61,335 nt of DNA, from positions 1-61,335 of the IMG/VR virus record IMGVR_UViG_3300008261_000017. One strand, given 5' to 3'. A model generated the notes under the pieces. The model did not search any database, was not told the DNA's origin, and was given only the letters and a program-made list of their open reading frames with translations. Positions 1 to 9,831 of this stretch are shown one piece after another (positions within the stretch are counted from its first letter, which is position 1; every line of letters begins with the position of its first letter). Source of the DNA: a virus (lineage: Duplodnaviria > Caudoviricetes). A program made the translations under genes and the position numbers.

Positions 1-1
1 T

Positions 2-517
2 CGTTGGTCAGTTGAGAAGTTCAAGGGTCTTATCTTCCAAATCGAGCGTGATGCAAACCAGATTGCACAAAGAACTCGTAGAGGAAAGGGCAACATGATT
101 CTCTGCTCTGCAGATGTTGCTTCCGCACTCACCCACGCAGGACTTCTTGATTACACTCCTGCACTCAATGCAAACCTCAACGTTGATGACACTGGCAACA
201 CCTTCGCAGGTGTTCTCAATGGTCGTTACAGAGTTTACATTGACCCATATGCAGCAAACAACAGTGCTAACCAGTACTACGTTGTTGGTTATAAGGGTTC
301 TTCACCTTATGATGCTGGTCTCTTCTATTGCCCATATGTACCTCTCCAGATGGTACGTGCAGTTGGTGAGAATAGCTTCCAGCCTAAGATTGGCTTTAAG
401 ACCCGTTACGGCATTGTTGCAAACCCATTCGCAGAGGGAACCAATGCTGGTCTCGGTGCTCTAACTGCCAACAGCAACCGTTACTACAGAAGAGTACGTG
501 TTGACAACCTAATGTGA
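2..517 (+). CDS. g23: major capsid protein gp23, C-terminal part (5' truncated by window)
   Basis: Frame open from base 2 (RWSVEKFKGLIFQIERDAN...); GLFYCPYVPLQM and FQPKIGFKTRYG are T4 gp23 motifs. Confidence 0.98.
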   Translation, partial: RWSVEKFKGLIFQIERDANQIAQRTRRGKGNMILCSADVASALTHAGLLDYTPALNANLNVDDTGNTFAGVLNGRYRVYIDPYAANNSANQYYVVGYKGSSPYDAGLFYCPYVPLQMVRAVGENSFQPKIGFKTRYGIVANPFAEGTNAGLGALTANSNRYYRRVRVDNLM

Positions 518-536
518 TTCATCACTAAGGTAATCG

Positions 537-562
537 AGAGGGTCTTCGGACCCTCTTTTTTT
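537..562 (+). terminator. intrinsic terminator with cUUCGg tetraloop
   Basis: AGAGGGTC-TTCG-GACCCTCT followed by T-run directly after g23. Confidence 0.92.
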
Positions 563-567
563 ATGCA

Positions 568-575
568 AATAAATA
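568..575 (+). promoter_or_regulatory. T4-type late promoter (gp55)
   Basis: AATAAATA upstream of g3. Confidence 0.7.
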
Positions 576-602
576 GTTAAAAATAATTTTGAGATTAAAC
601 AA

Positions 603-1157
603 GTGTCAGAAACTTTATTACCATTACAGAGGCAATTAAGTAATAGGAATTTTTTAACAACAACTGGATTCAAATTTACTTTAGCAAAATATCCAAAGGT
701 TGATTTTTTTTCTAATACTGCACTTGTCCCATCTATAAGTTTAGGAGTTGCTGCTCAACCATCTTACTTAAAAGACATCCCAATTCCTGGAGATAAGTTA
801 AGTTATGATGATTTTTCTCTGGACTTTCTTGTTGATGAAAATTTTGAAAATTACTTATTGGTACATAATTGGTTAAGGGGATTTGGTTACCCAGAGTCAC
901 TGGAAGAGTATCAAGAGTTATTGAATGATGACTCTTATACTCCAGGAAAGCAAACTGCACTGTCTGGACAATCAGATGGCACTCTAGTTGTTTATAATAG
1001 TAATTTTCAACCAATTGTAAATATAATTTTTTCTGGTTTATTTCCAGTATCTCTTTCTACGATTAACTTTGATGCAAAGGACTCAAATGCAAATTATGTC
1101 ACAGCATCAGTAACATTTAAATATACAATTTATAATATTAAAAAAATTGACTTATGA
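603..1157 (+). CDS. g3: tail tube terminator/completion protein gp3
   Basis: NRNFL..GFKF..K.PKVDFF motif; g23-g3-uvsY-uvsW synteny. Confidence 0.85.
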   Translation: MSETLLPLQRQLSNRNFLTTTGFKFTLAKYPKVDFFSNTALVPSISLGVAAQPSYLKDIPIPGDKLSYDDFSLDFLVDENFENYLLVHNWLRGFGYPESLEEYQELLNDDSYTPGKQTALSGQSDGTLVVYNSNFQPIVNIIFSGLFPVSLSTINFDAKDSNANYVTASVTFKYTIYNIKKIDL

Positions 1158-1582
1158 ACATTGATGAAATTCAAACATTATGGGAAGAAGATTCAAAACT
1201 AGATCCAGATAATCTCCACACTGAGTCTATAAAAATACCTTCTTTGCACTCAAAATATTATAAAATTTATAATAATATTCTCTTATTAAAAAAGATGGAA
1301 GAGAATAAATTTAAAATATTAAAAAAAGAAAAATGGATGTACTATACTGGAAAAGCAGATCCAGAAGTATACAAAGAAAACCCATTCGATCATAAGGTAT
1401 TAAAACCAGATATAGATAAGTATATGGATGCAGATGAAGAAATAATTAAATCTGTATCTAAAATTGAATATTTTCAGACAATGTTAAATTATTTGGATAG
1501 TATTTTAAAGACAATCTTAAATAGAACTTACCAAATAAAAAATGCAATTGAATTCATGAGATTTACTGCTGGATATGACTGA
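1154..1582 (+). CDS. uvsY: recombination mediator UvsY
   Basis: ESIKIPSLHSKY, RTYQIKNAIEF motifs; synteny. Confidence 0.92.
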   Translation: MNIDEIQTLWEEDSKLDPDNLHTESIKIPSLHSKYYKIYNNILLLKKMEENKFKILKKEKWMYYTGKADPEVYKENPFDHKVLKPDIDKYMDADEEIIKSVSKIEYFQTMLNYLDSILKTILNRTYQIKNAIEFMRFTAGYD

Positions 1583-3038
1583 CATTAAAATTAGAAAAAA
1601 GAACGAAATATATTTGACAATAACTGCTGATCCTCATATTCATCAGGAATTGAGTGACTATTTTACATTTGATGTTCCAGGTGCAAAATTTATGCCCCAG
1701 TACAGAAGTAAGTATTGGGACGGAAAGATACGTCTATTCTCTACTGCTACTGGTGAGATTTATGTTGGTCTTTTAGATAAAGTTATTTCTTGGGCAAAGA
1801 AATCCAATTACACAATAGAGTTTGAAAATAATAAGTTCTACGGAACACCTTTTGAGGAAAATGACAATGTTTCCTATGAAGGAATTAAAGATTATATGAT
1901 TCGTATCTCTAAGCATAAGCCAAGAGATTATCAGGTTGATGCAGTTTATGATGCCCTTAGATATAACCGTAAACTTTTAATTTCACCAACTGCTTCTGGA
2001 AAGTCGTTGATGATTTATTCTATTGTCAGATACTTTGCTGAAAGAGATCAAAAAATTCTTCTAGTGGTTCCTACAACGTCACTGGTTGAACAAATGTTCA
2101 AAGACTTCCAAGACTATGGATGGAACGCAGAAGACTACTGCCACCGCATCTACAGTGGTCGTGAGAAGACTAGCAATAGTTTAGTGACAATTACCACTTG
2201 GCAATCAATTTACAAACTACCTAGAAATTTTTATGAGTCCTTTGATGTGGTAATTGGAGACGAAGCACACCAATTCAAATCTAAATCACTAGTTGGTATC
2301 ATGACTAAACTAGACAATACTAAGTATAGATTTGGATTTACTGGTACTTTAGATGGGTCTCAAACTCATAAGTGGGTATTAGAAGGTTTATTTGGTCCAT
2401 CATACAAGGTAACTCAAACAAAAGAACTCATTGAAAAAGGTCATTTATCAAAACTTCAGATAAAAGTTCTTCTGTTAAAGCATAATGAACATCAATTTAA
2501 TGAGTATGAGGAAGAAATTCAATATATAATCAGTCACGAAAAAAGAAATAAGTTTATTAAAAATCTTGCTTTAGACTTGAAAGGAAATACTTTAGTTCTT
2601 TTTAACAGAGTGGAAACTCATGGAGTCCCCATTTATAATTTAATAAATAATTCTGCTTCAAAAAATAGAAGAGTATTTTTTGTTTATGGTGGGGTTGATG
2701 CTGAAGAAAGAGAAAAGGTAAGAGAAATAACAGAAAAAGAATCAGATGCAATTATTGTTGCATCCTATGGAACGTTCTCTACTGGAGTAAATATTAAAAA
2801 CCTACACAATGTGATATTTGCTTCACCCTCTAAGTCAAGGATTAGAAATCTCCAATCTATTGGAAGAGTCTTAAGGAAAGGAGACAATAAATCAAAAGCA
2901 ATTCTTTATGATATTGCAGATGACATTACATACAAGTCTAAAAAAAATTATACTTTAAATCATTTAATTGAAAGAATTAAAATCTATAACGAAGAAAATT
3001 TTAATTATGAAGTACTACAAATCAACTTTAAAGAGTAA
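1575..3038 (+). CDS. uvsW: SF2 helicase UvsW
   Basis: SPTASGKS Walker A, GDEAH, QSIGRVLR. Confidence 0.97.
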   Translation: MTDIKIRKKNEIYLTITADPHIHQELSDYFTFDVPGAKFMPQYRSKYWDGKIRLFSTATGEIYVGLLDKVISWAKKSNYTIEFENNKFYGTPFEENDNVSYEGIKDYMIRISKHKPRDYQVDAVYDALRYNRKLLISPTASGKSLMIYSIVRYFAERDQKILLVVPTTSLVEQMFKDFQDYGWNAEDYCHRIYSGREKTSNSLVTITTWQSIYKLPRNFYESFDVVIGDEAHQFKSKSLVGIMTKLDNTKYRFGFTGTLDGSQTHKWVLEGLFGPSYKVTQTKELIEKGHLSKLQIKVLLLKHNEHQFNEYEEEIQYIISHEKRNKFIKNLALDLKGNTLVLFNRVETHGVPIYNLINNSASKNRRVFFVYGGVDAEEREKVREITEKESDAIIVASYGTFSTGVNIKNLHNVIFASPSKSRIRNLQSIGRVLRKGDNKSKAILYDIADDITYKSKKNYTLNHLIERIKIYNEENFNYEVLQINFKE

Positions 3039-3046
3039 CCATACAT

Positions 3047-3439
3047 ATGGAAGAAGAATTTTATGCAGTTATTAAATTAATTTCAGGAGAAGAAATATTT
3101 TCAAAAGTTTGTCCTTGTGAAGAGGATGAAAGAACCCTTTTGATACTTGACAACCCTGTTACAATAGAAACTGTTAACTTAAAACAATTTGGGGTTACTG
3201 GAATCAAAGTTAACCCATGGATTAAATTTACTGATGATTCAATGTTCATTGTTAATATGGACAAAGTTCTTACAATGTCTGAAGTAACAGATGAAGATAT
3301 TCTTAAAATGTACAACAAGTATATTAGAAATAAGAATAAGGATTCAAAAGCAAATAAACCAACATCTGACATGGGATACTTATCCTCTATTGCTGATGCT
3401 AGAATTTATCTAGAAAAGTTATATAGATTAGAAAATTAA
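3047..3439 (+). CDS. conserved T4-like cyanophage hypothetical (Sm-like fold suspected)
   Basis: IKLISGEEI N-terminus; position between uvsW and g55. Confidence 0.75.
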   Translation: MEEEFYAVIKLISGEEIFSKVCPCEEDERTLLILDNPVTIETVNLKQFGVTGIKVNPWIKFTDDSMFIVNMDKVLTMSEVTDEDILKMYNKYIRNKNKDSKANKPTSDMGYLSSIADARIYLEKLYRLEN

Positions 3440-3471
3440 GGTATAGTATAATCATCAAACTCCACAGAGTT

Positions 3472-3501
3472 ATTTTACACATTAAGACCAACCCTTGTCA
3501 A
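3472..3501 (-). promoter_or_regulatory. antisense sigma70-type promoter
   Basis: Minus strand TTGACA-N18-TAAAAT. Confidence 0.55.
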
Positions 3502-3524
3502 CTTTTGGAAATCAGTGTTATAAT
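3495..3524 (+). promoter_or_regulatory. sigma70-type promoter for g55
   Basis: TTGTCA-N18-TATAAT with extended -10 (TGT-TATAAT). Confidence 0.7.
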
Positions 3525-3558
3525 TCAAACATTAAAACATAACTTAACCCAAAACATA

Positions 3559-4029
3559 ATGAGTAAGGAAAGGAAAAATCCCCACTACGTTAATAACAAA
3601 GATTTTCATTTAGCTCTTATTGAGCATAAAAAGAAAGTAGATCTAGCAAAGAAGAAAGGACTACCACCCCCAAGAATTTCAAATTATCTTGGAGACTGTT
3701 TTCTTAAAATTGCCAACCATTTATCTTATCGTCCCAACTTTGTTAACTATATGTTTAGGGAAGATATGATTAGTGACGGTGTGGAAAATTGTGTTCACTA
3801 TATCAATAACTTTGATACAGAAAGAACAAATCCATTTGCATACTTTACTCAAATTGTTTATTATGCTTTTCTAAGGAGAATCCATAAAGAAAAGAAGCAA
3901 ATGGAGATTAAAGAAAAAATCATTGAAAGAAGTGGTTACGACCAAGTTTTTTCTGTGGATGGTGACAGAATGAATAGTTCCGAGTACAATAGCATTAAGG
4001 ACAACATTCAAATTAAACTATATCAATGA
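3559..4029 (+). CDS. g55: late transcription sigma factor gp55
   Basis: HYVNNKDF, YRPNFVNYMFREDMISDG, NPFAYFTQI motifs; ATG 3559 preferred over TTG 3505. Confidence 0.96.
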   Translation: MSKERKNPHYVNNKDFHLALIEHKKKVDLAKKKGLPPPRISNYLGDCFLKIANHLSYRPNFVNYMFREDMISDGVENCVHYINNFDTERTNPFAYFTQIVYYAFLRRIHKEKKQMEIKEKIIERSGYDQVFSVDGDRMNSSEYNSIKDNIQIKLYQ

Positions 4030-5069
4030 AAATTGCTTTAATAACTGATACTCATTATAATTTTAAAAAAGCAAATAAAAACTTTCATGATTATTTTGCA
4101 AAATTTTATAAAGATATATTTTTTCCTTACTTAGAAGAAAACAATATAAAAACAGTTATTCACCTTGGTGATGCCTTTGATAATCGTAAGGGGATTGATT
4201 ATTGGGCATTAGATTGGGCAAAAAGAAATGTTTATGATGTATTTAAAAAATTAAACATTAAAGTTTATAGTATAGTTGGAAATCATGATACTTACTATAA
4301 AAATACTAATGAAGTAAATTCAATTGATATTTTGTTAGATGAGTATGAAAATATTGTAAAAATTTCTTCTCCAATGGAAGTGAGTATTGGTGGGTTAGAT
4401 ACTCTATTACTTCCTTGGATTTGCTCAGAAAATCAAGAAGAAGTTTTTTCATTATTAGAATCTACAGAAGCAAAAGTTGTTTTTGGGCATCTTGAACTTC
4501 AGGGATTTTTTGTATTCCCTGGTCAATCCCAACCTCATGGAATGGATAAAAATATTTTTAATAAATTTACGAGAGTATTTTCTGGACATTACCATACTCG
4601 AAGTGATGATGGGAAAATATTTTACATTGGAAACCCATATCAAATGTTCTGGAATGATTATAATGATATGAGAGGATTTAATATTCTTGATACAAAATCA
4701 TTAAATCTTCAGTTTGTTAAAAATCCTTATACTATTTTTGAAAAAATTTATTATGAAGATAGTAAATTTGAAGAAATTGATGAAGAAAAATGTAAAAATA
4801 AAATAGTAAAGTTAATTGTTAGGAAAAAAAGCAATCAGAAACAGTTTGATTTATTTTTAGATAAACTAACTAAAATACCTTTTCTTGAATTAAAGGTATC
4901 TGAAATATTAGATGTTGATGATTCAAATTATCAGTATAGTGAAACAGAAGTAGAAGATACTTTGACTATTCTGAATGGGTATGTTGAAGAATCAGATTTT
5001 CAGTTAAATAAAGATATTGTTAAAAAAATTATAAAAGACATTTACAATGAGGCATTGGAAGTTGAGTAA
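4026..5069 (+). CDS. g47: recombination endonuclease subunit gp47 (Mre11/SbcD-like)
   Basis: DTH, LGD.FD, GNHD, SGHYH metallophosphoesterase motifs. Confidence 0.95.
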   Translation: MKIALITDTHYNFKKANKNFHDYFAKFYKDIFFPYLEENNIKTVIHLGDAFDNRKGIDYWALDWAKRNVYDVFKKLNIKVYSIVGNHDTYYKNTNEVNSIDILLDEYENIVKISSPMEVSIGGLDTLLLPWICSENQEEVFSLLESTEAKVVFGHLELQGFFVFPGQSQPHGMDKNIFNKFTRVFSGHYHTRSDDGKIFYIGNPYQMFWNDYNDMRGFNILDTKSLNLQFVKNPYTIFEKIYYEDSKFEEIDEEKCKNKIVKLIVRKKSNQKQFDLFLDKLTKIPFLELKVSEILDVDDSNYQYSETEVEDTLTILNGYVEESDFQLNKDIVKKIIKDIYNEALEVE

Positions 5070-5096
5070 ATAAATAAAAATAATACACTTACCCAT

Positions 5097-5387
5097 GTGA
5101 TGTACATATTAACAATCAAAGGGCAAGAAGATGAAGGTGCATATGCTGTTCTTAATGAAGATGGAGAACAGTATGTATATTTTTTTGAGGAAGAAGACGA
5201 TGCAGAAAGATATGCTGGTCTTTTAGAGGCAGAGGATTATCCACCAATGTCTGTAATAGAGGTTGATGGAGATTTGGCAGTTAAAACTTGTGAGATACAT
5301 GACTATAGTTATGTTATAATCACTAATAATGATTTTGTAATTCCCCCAAGAACCAATGATTATTTTCGACAAAATAAGATTTCGTAA
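5097..5387 (+). CDS. conserved cyanophage hypothetical between g47 and g46
   Basis: Acidic ORF, FEEEDDAERYA; synteny. Confidence 0.75.
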   Translation: MMYILTIKGQEDEGAYAVLNEDGEQYVYFFEEEDDAERYAGLLEAEDYPPMSVIEVDGDLAVKTCEIHDYSYVIITNNDFVIPPRTNDYFRQNKIS

Positions 5388-7074
5388 TTTTTTATCAACA
5401 GGAAATACCTTTACAGAAATAAATTTAAAGGAAACCAATACAACATTAATTATTGGTAGTAATGGAAGTGGTAAGTCCACTTTACTGGATGCTTTATGCT
5501 TTGTTCTTTTCAATAAGGCATTTAGAAAAATTACAAAAAATCAGTTAATTAATTCTACAAACGAAAAAGATTGTTTGGTTGAGATAGAATTTAATACAGC
5601 ATCCTCTAAATGGATGGTAAGACGAGGCATAAAACCAGCTGTATTTGAAATCTACAAAGATGGAGAACTTGTCAATCAACTAGCATCCAATAATGACCAG
5701 CAAGATTGGTTAGAACGGCAAGTATTAAAATTGAATTATAAGTCTTTCACGCAAATTGTTATTCTTGGAAGTGCTTCTTTTGTGCCATTTATGCAGTTAT
5801 CTACGGCACATAGGAGAGAAATAGTTGAGGATTTGCTTGATATTAAGATATTCTCTTCTATGAATTCCATAGTAAAAGAAAAAATAAAAAATACTAATGA
5901 TAAAATAAAAGAAATAACAGTCACTCACAAGTTGACTGAAGAAAAAATCGAAATGCAAAAGCAATTTATTGAAAGTGTAGAGAATGATATTAAAAAACAA
6001 ATAAAAAATAAAGAGGATAAGATATCTGAAATTGAATCTAGGATAAAAGAAGTAGAGGAGGAAAATCAAGGTAAGCAAAAAAAAGTTGAAACTGAGTTGC
6101 AAATAGAGATGGAAGAGTTATCTTCTTGCACAAAAAAACTTAAACAACTATCTACTTTAAAAGTCAAAATACAAGAAAAACTTAACTCATTCAATGAGCA
6201 AAAGGAGTTTTTCAACAGCAGTTCGGAATGCCCAACCTGCACACAAAAGATAGAAGAAAGTTTTAGGTTAAATAAAATTGAAGAATGTGAGGAAAAATTA
6301 AATGAATTAGAGAAGGGTTGCATTGAATTAAAGAAATCAATTCTCGAAGAAGAGGATAGAGAAAAGAAATTCAATCAAGTTTCTAAGCAAATTCTAACTC
6401 TAAACAATGAAGTATCTAACAACAACGTTAAAGTTTCTCAATTTAATAGGCAAACCAGAGAACTTCAGCAAGAAATTCAAGAACTTAAAACAAGAGACCA
6501 AGATAAAAATTCTGAAAGAAGTGTTTTAAAAAAATTAGAAGTTACTTTATCCAAACTTGAAGAGGATAGAGCAAAATATAGAGAACTTAATACTTACTAT
6601 GAATTTTCACAAAACCTATTAAAAGATGGTGGAGTAAAAGCAAAAATTATTCAAAAATATCTCCCGATTATGAATCAGCAAATAAACAAATATTTGCAGA
6701 TGATGGATTTTTATATTAATTTTACTCTCGATGATGAGTTTAATGAAAGTATAAAATCACCTATACATGAAGATTTTAGTTATGAATCATTCAGTGAAGG
6801 TGAAAAAATGAGAATAAATCTTGCTCTCCTTTTTACCTGGAGAGAAATTGCAAGAATGAAAAATTCTATTAGAACTAATTTGTTGATACTTGACGAAGTA
6901 TTTGACAGTTCACTTGATGGTACAGGAATTGAGTATTTTACAAAAATAATAAGGTATGTTATTAATGACTCAAATATATTGGTCATTTCACATAAAACTG
7001 ATGAGATGATTGATTTATTTGACAGGGTTATTAAAGTCGAAAAAGTAAAGGGATTCAGCAAAATCGTTCCTTGA
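5356..7074 (+). CDS. g46: recombination ATPase gp46 (Rad50/SbcC-like)
   Basis: GSNGSGKST, coiled coil with CPTC hook, FSEGEK, LILDEVFD. Confidence 0.97.
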   Translation: MIIFDKIRFRNFLSTGNTFTEINLKETNTTLIIGSNGSGKSTLLDALCFVLFNKAFRKITKNQLINSTNEKDCLVEIEFNTASSKWMVRRGIKPAVFEIYKDGELVNQLASNNDQQDWLERQVLKLNYKSFTQIVILGSASFVPFMQLSTAHRREIVEDLLDIKIFSSMNSIVKEKIKNTNDKIKEITVTHKLTEEKIEMQKQFIESVENDIKKQIKNKEDKISEIESRIKEVEEENQGKQKKVETELQIEMEELSSCTKKLKQLSTLKVKIQEKLNSFNEQKEFFNSSSECPTCTQKIEESFRLNKIEECEEKLNELEKGCIELKKSILEEEDREKKFNQVSKQILTLNNEVSNNNVKVSQFNRQTRELQQEIQELKTRDQDKNSERSVLKKLEVTLSKLEEDRAKYRELNTYYEFSQNLLKDGGVKAKIIQKYLPIMNQQINKYLQMMDFYINFTLDDEFNESIKSPIHEDFSYESFSEGEKMRINLALLFTWREIARMKNSIRTNLLILDEVFDSSLDGTGIEYFTKIIRYVINDSNILVISHKTDEMIDLFDRVIKVEKVKGFSKIVP

Positions 7075-7098
7075 CTAATCCCTTGAATCTGTTATACT
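7071..7098 (+). promoter_or_regulatory. sigma70-type promoter
   Basis: TTGACT-N16-TATACT. Confidence 0.6.
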
Positions 7099-7120
7099 GA
7101 TATGGAGATAAAAATTTATT

Positions 7121-7678
7121 ATGGACAGCAGCAATTTTACTACTTTTACAGTTAAAACGGACAATCTCCCTGCTCAAAATGATGTAGTTACTACAACTAA
7201 TTCTAGTGATGTGATTTCTTTTGGTGATAAAATTGTTGGGTCAAGTGGTGGTGACACCATTTACCCAGCAGACCATCCCAGTCAACAATTTTGGTATGAG
7301 GATGGGTTTAGTCTTACTGGAAATCCTGGACCCTACTCACCCGATACAATCACATTTACTTCTTCTACGATTAATCAAACTATGAGTCAAGAAAATAATA
7401 ATGGTTTTTGGAAATATAACGAAGATAAAATTTTGAAGCAACTTGAAGAATATATTAAAGGCACATATAGGCAACATTATGTTGACCGAACTGGTGGAGG
7501 ATCAGAGCAAACACTAGACAAAATCAAGCATAATCGTCGTGAAGGATTCTGTGCTGGAAACGTTACAAAGTACATTGACCGTTACGACACAAAAGGAACT
7601 CCTAGGCAAGACTTGTTTAAAGTGCTACACTACACTATCCTGCTTATCAACCACCTAAACCTTATTGAAAACAAGTGA
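7121..7678 (+). CDS. DUF3310-like protein (T7 gp1.7-like nucleotide kinase family) with low-complexity N-terminus
   Basis: QHY...GFCAGNVTKY..RY..KG...DL.K..HY. Confidence 0.7.
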   Translation: MDSSNFTTFTVKTDNLPAQNDVVTTTNSSDVISFGDKIVGSSGGDTIYPADHPSQQFWYEDGFSLTGNPGPYSPDTITFTSSTINQTMSQENNNGFWKYNEDKILKQLEEYIKGTYRQHYVDRTGGGSEQTLDKIKHNRREGFCAGNVTKYIDRYDTKGTPRQDLFKVLHYTILLINHLNLIENK

Positions 7679-7692
7679 GATTAATTTCTGAT

Positions 7693-8358
7693 ATGAAACT
7701 TTCTGCTGAAACAATCACAGTCCTTAAAAACTTTTCTTCTATTAATCAATCTATTTTGGTTAAATCTGGTTCTAAACTTAGAACTATCTCTGTCATGAAA
7801 AATATTCTGGCAGAAGCAGATGTAAAAGAAACTTTTGCGAGAGACTTTGCAATTTATGACCTTAATCAATTTTTGAATGGTCTCAGTCTTCACCAAGACC
7901 CAGATTTGAATTTCACTAATGAATCTTATATTGTTATTAGTGAAGGAAAAAGAAAGGTAAAATACTTTTTTGCCGACCCTGAAGTAATTGTCACACCTCC
8001 AGAAAAAGAACTTGAACTTCCTTCTCAGGATGTTTGCTTCCAACTAGAACACTCTCAGTTGGACAAACTCATTAAAGCATCTGCAGTGTATCAACTTCCA
8101 GACTTGTCTGCTATTGGTGAAAATGGTGTAATTCGTTTAGTTGTCAGAGATAAAAAGAACGATACTTCAAATGAGTTTTCAATTGATGTTGGTGAAACAA
8201 CTAGTGATTTTGTATTTAACTTTAAAGTTGAAAATATTAAAATCATTCCAGGAACTTATGATGTGGTAGTTTCTAAAAAACTATTGTCCAAATTTAGTAA
8301 TGAGAGATATAATCTCAATTATTACATTGCATTGGAACCTGATTCTTCCTTTGGATGA
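7693..8358 (+). CDS. g45: sliding clamp gp45
   Basis: MKLS..T..VLKNFSSINQSI; YYIALEPDS. Confidence 0.96.
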   Translation: MKLSAETITVLKNFSSINQSILVKSGSKLRTISVMKNILAEADVKETFARDFAIYDLNQFLNGLSLHQDPDLNFTNESYIVISEGKRKVKYFFADPEVIVTPPEKELELPSQDVCFQLEHSQLDKLIKASAVYQLPDLSAIGENGVIRLVVRDKKNDTSNEFSIDVGETTSDFVFNFKVENIKIIPGTYDVVVSKKLLSKFSNERYNLNYYIALEPDSSFG

Positions 8359-8501
8359 AGTATAAAGTAAAATATAAACTTCCAGGTGACAATCGTTACC
8401 TGGAACTCATTGTTGATGCAGATAGTCAGTCTCAAGCAAAAAGAATTGCTCAAGCACAGATTCCCTCTGCAATTATTATTGGCGGTCCTCAACCTATTTG
8501 A
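8355..8501 (+). CDS. small hypothetical, 48 aa (not in ORF track)
   Basis: MKYKVKYKLPGDNRYLELIVDADSQSQAKRIAQAQIPSAIIIGGPQPI; ATGA overlap with g45, fills gap to g44. Confidence 0.7.
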   Translation: MKYKVKYKLPGDNRYLELIVDADSQSQAKRIAQAQIPSAIIIGGPQPI

Positions 8502-8503
8502 TT

Positions 8504-9448
8504 ATGAGAGATGATTTTTTGTGGGTCGAAAAGTATCGACCCAAGACCATTGAAGATTGTATTCTTCCTGAAAATATTAAGAAAACCTTTAAAGATTTTC
8601 TAAATAAGGGTGAAGTGCCAAACTTGCTTCTTGCTGGACCTGCTGGTTGCGGTAAGACTACAGTTGCTAAAGCACTCTGCAACGAATTGGGGGTAGATTT
8701 CTATGTCATTAACGGATCCGACGAAGGTAGATTCCTTGATACTGTCCGAAACAATGCGAAAAACTTCGCTTCGACCGTCTCACTTACGGCAACTGCTAAA
8801 CACAAAGTCATCATCATTGATGAGGCAGATAACACAACCAACGATGTACAACTCCTCCTACGGGCGTTTACTGAGGAATTTAGTGGGAATTGCCGATTCA
8901 TCCTCACATGTAACTATAAAAACAAAATTATTGAACCACTTCACTCAAGGTGTGCAGTCGTCGAATTTTCAATACAGGGGAGACAAAAACCACAAATTGC
9001 AGGGCAATTCTTTAGAAAATTACAACAAATCCTTGATGGTGAAGGAATCAAATATGAACCCAAAGTTCTTGCAGAACTCATCAACAAGCACTTTCCCGAC
9101 TGGAGGAGAGTCCTCAACGAATGTCAAAGATATTCGGTTAGTGGAGAGATTGACACTGGCATTCTTGCGTCTTTTTCGGAAGTAAAGACAGATGAACTTA
9201 TTAGAAGTCTTAAGGAAAAAAACTTTGCTGAAGTACGCAAGTGGGTCGTCAGTAATCTGGATAATGATTCTGGGGTACTTTTGCGTCGTGTTTATGATGC
9301 TTGTTATGAAACCCTTGATGGTCCTTCTATTGCTGCTGCTGTGCTCATTGTTGCTAAGTATCAGTATCAGGCAGCATTTGTGGCAGACCAGGAAATAAAT
9401 CTCCTTGCAGCATTAACTGAAATTATGGTGGAGTGCAAATTCAAGTGA
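8504..9448 (+). CDS. g44: clamp loader large subunit gp44
   Basis: WVEKYRP, GPAGCGKTT, IIDEAD, SRC. Confidence 0.97.
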   Translation: MRDDFLWVEKYRPKTIEDCILPENIKKTFKDFLNKGEVPNLLLAGPAGCGKTTVAKALCNELGVDFYVINGSDEGRFLDTVRNNAKNFASTVSLTATAKHKVIIIDEADNTTNDVQLLLRAFTEEFSGNCRFILTCNYKNKIIEPLHSRCAVVEFSIQGRQKPQIAGQFFRKLQQILDGEGIKYEPKVLAELINKHFPDWRRVLNECQRYSVSGEIDTGILASFSEVKTDELIRSLKEKNFAEVRKWVVSNLDNDSGVLLRRVYDACYETLDGPSIAAAVLIVAKYQYQAAFVADQEINLLAALTEIMVECKFK

Positions 9449-9831
9449 CATTGGAACTAAAGGATTGGTTGAATAGTATTAATCAAACCAAAAAGAATTT
9501 AATTGATGAAGATTCTTCATTAGAAAAAGAATATTCTCCTTATATTATTAATCGATGCCTTTCTGGATATATTGATTGCATTATGTATGCAAACGAAATG
9601 AATATCTACAATCGACTAAATAAAAAACTTCAATATGATTTCTTTATAAATATAATCAGAATCAAGAAGAGATTTTCTCCTTGGGTCAAAAAAGAAAAAA
9701 TCAAAGATATTGAATACGTCAAAACTTACTATGGTTATAGTAATGAAAAGGCAGAACAAGCTTTGAGGATTCTTAGTAAAGAACAAATTAATTTTATTAA
9801 ACAAAAACTTGATGTTGGAGGAACAAAATGA
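9445..9831 (+). CDS. g62: clamp loader small subunit gp62
   Basis: LKDWLNSIN, YIINRCLS, YYGYSNEKA; start uncertain. Confidence 0.92.
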   Translation: MTLELKDWLNSINQTKKNLIDEDSSLEKEYSPYIINRCLSGYIDCIMYANEMNIYNRLNKKLQYDFFINIIRIKKRFSPWVKKEKIKDIEYVKTYYGYSNEKAEQALRILSKEQINFIKQKLDVGGTK

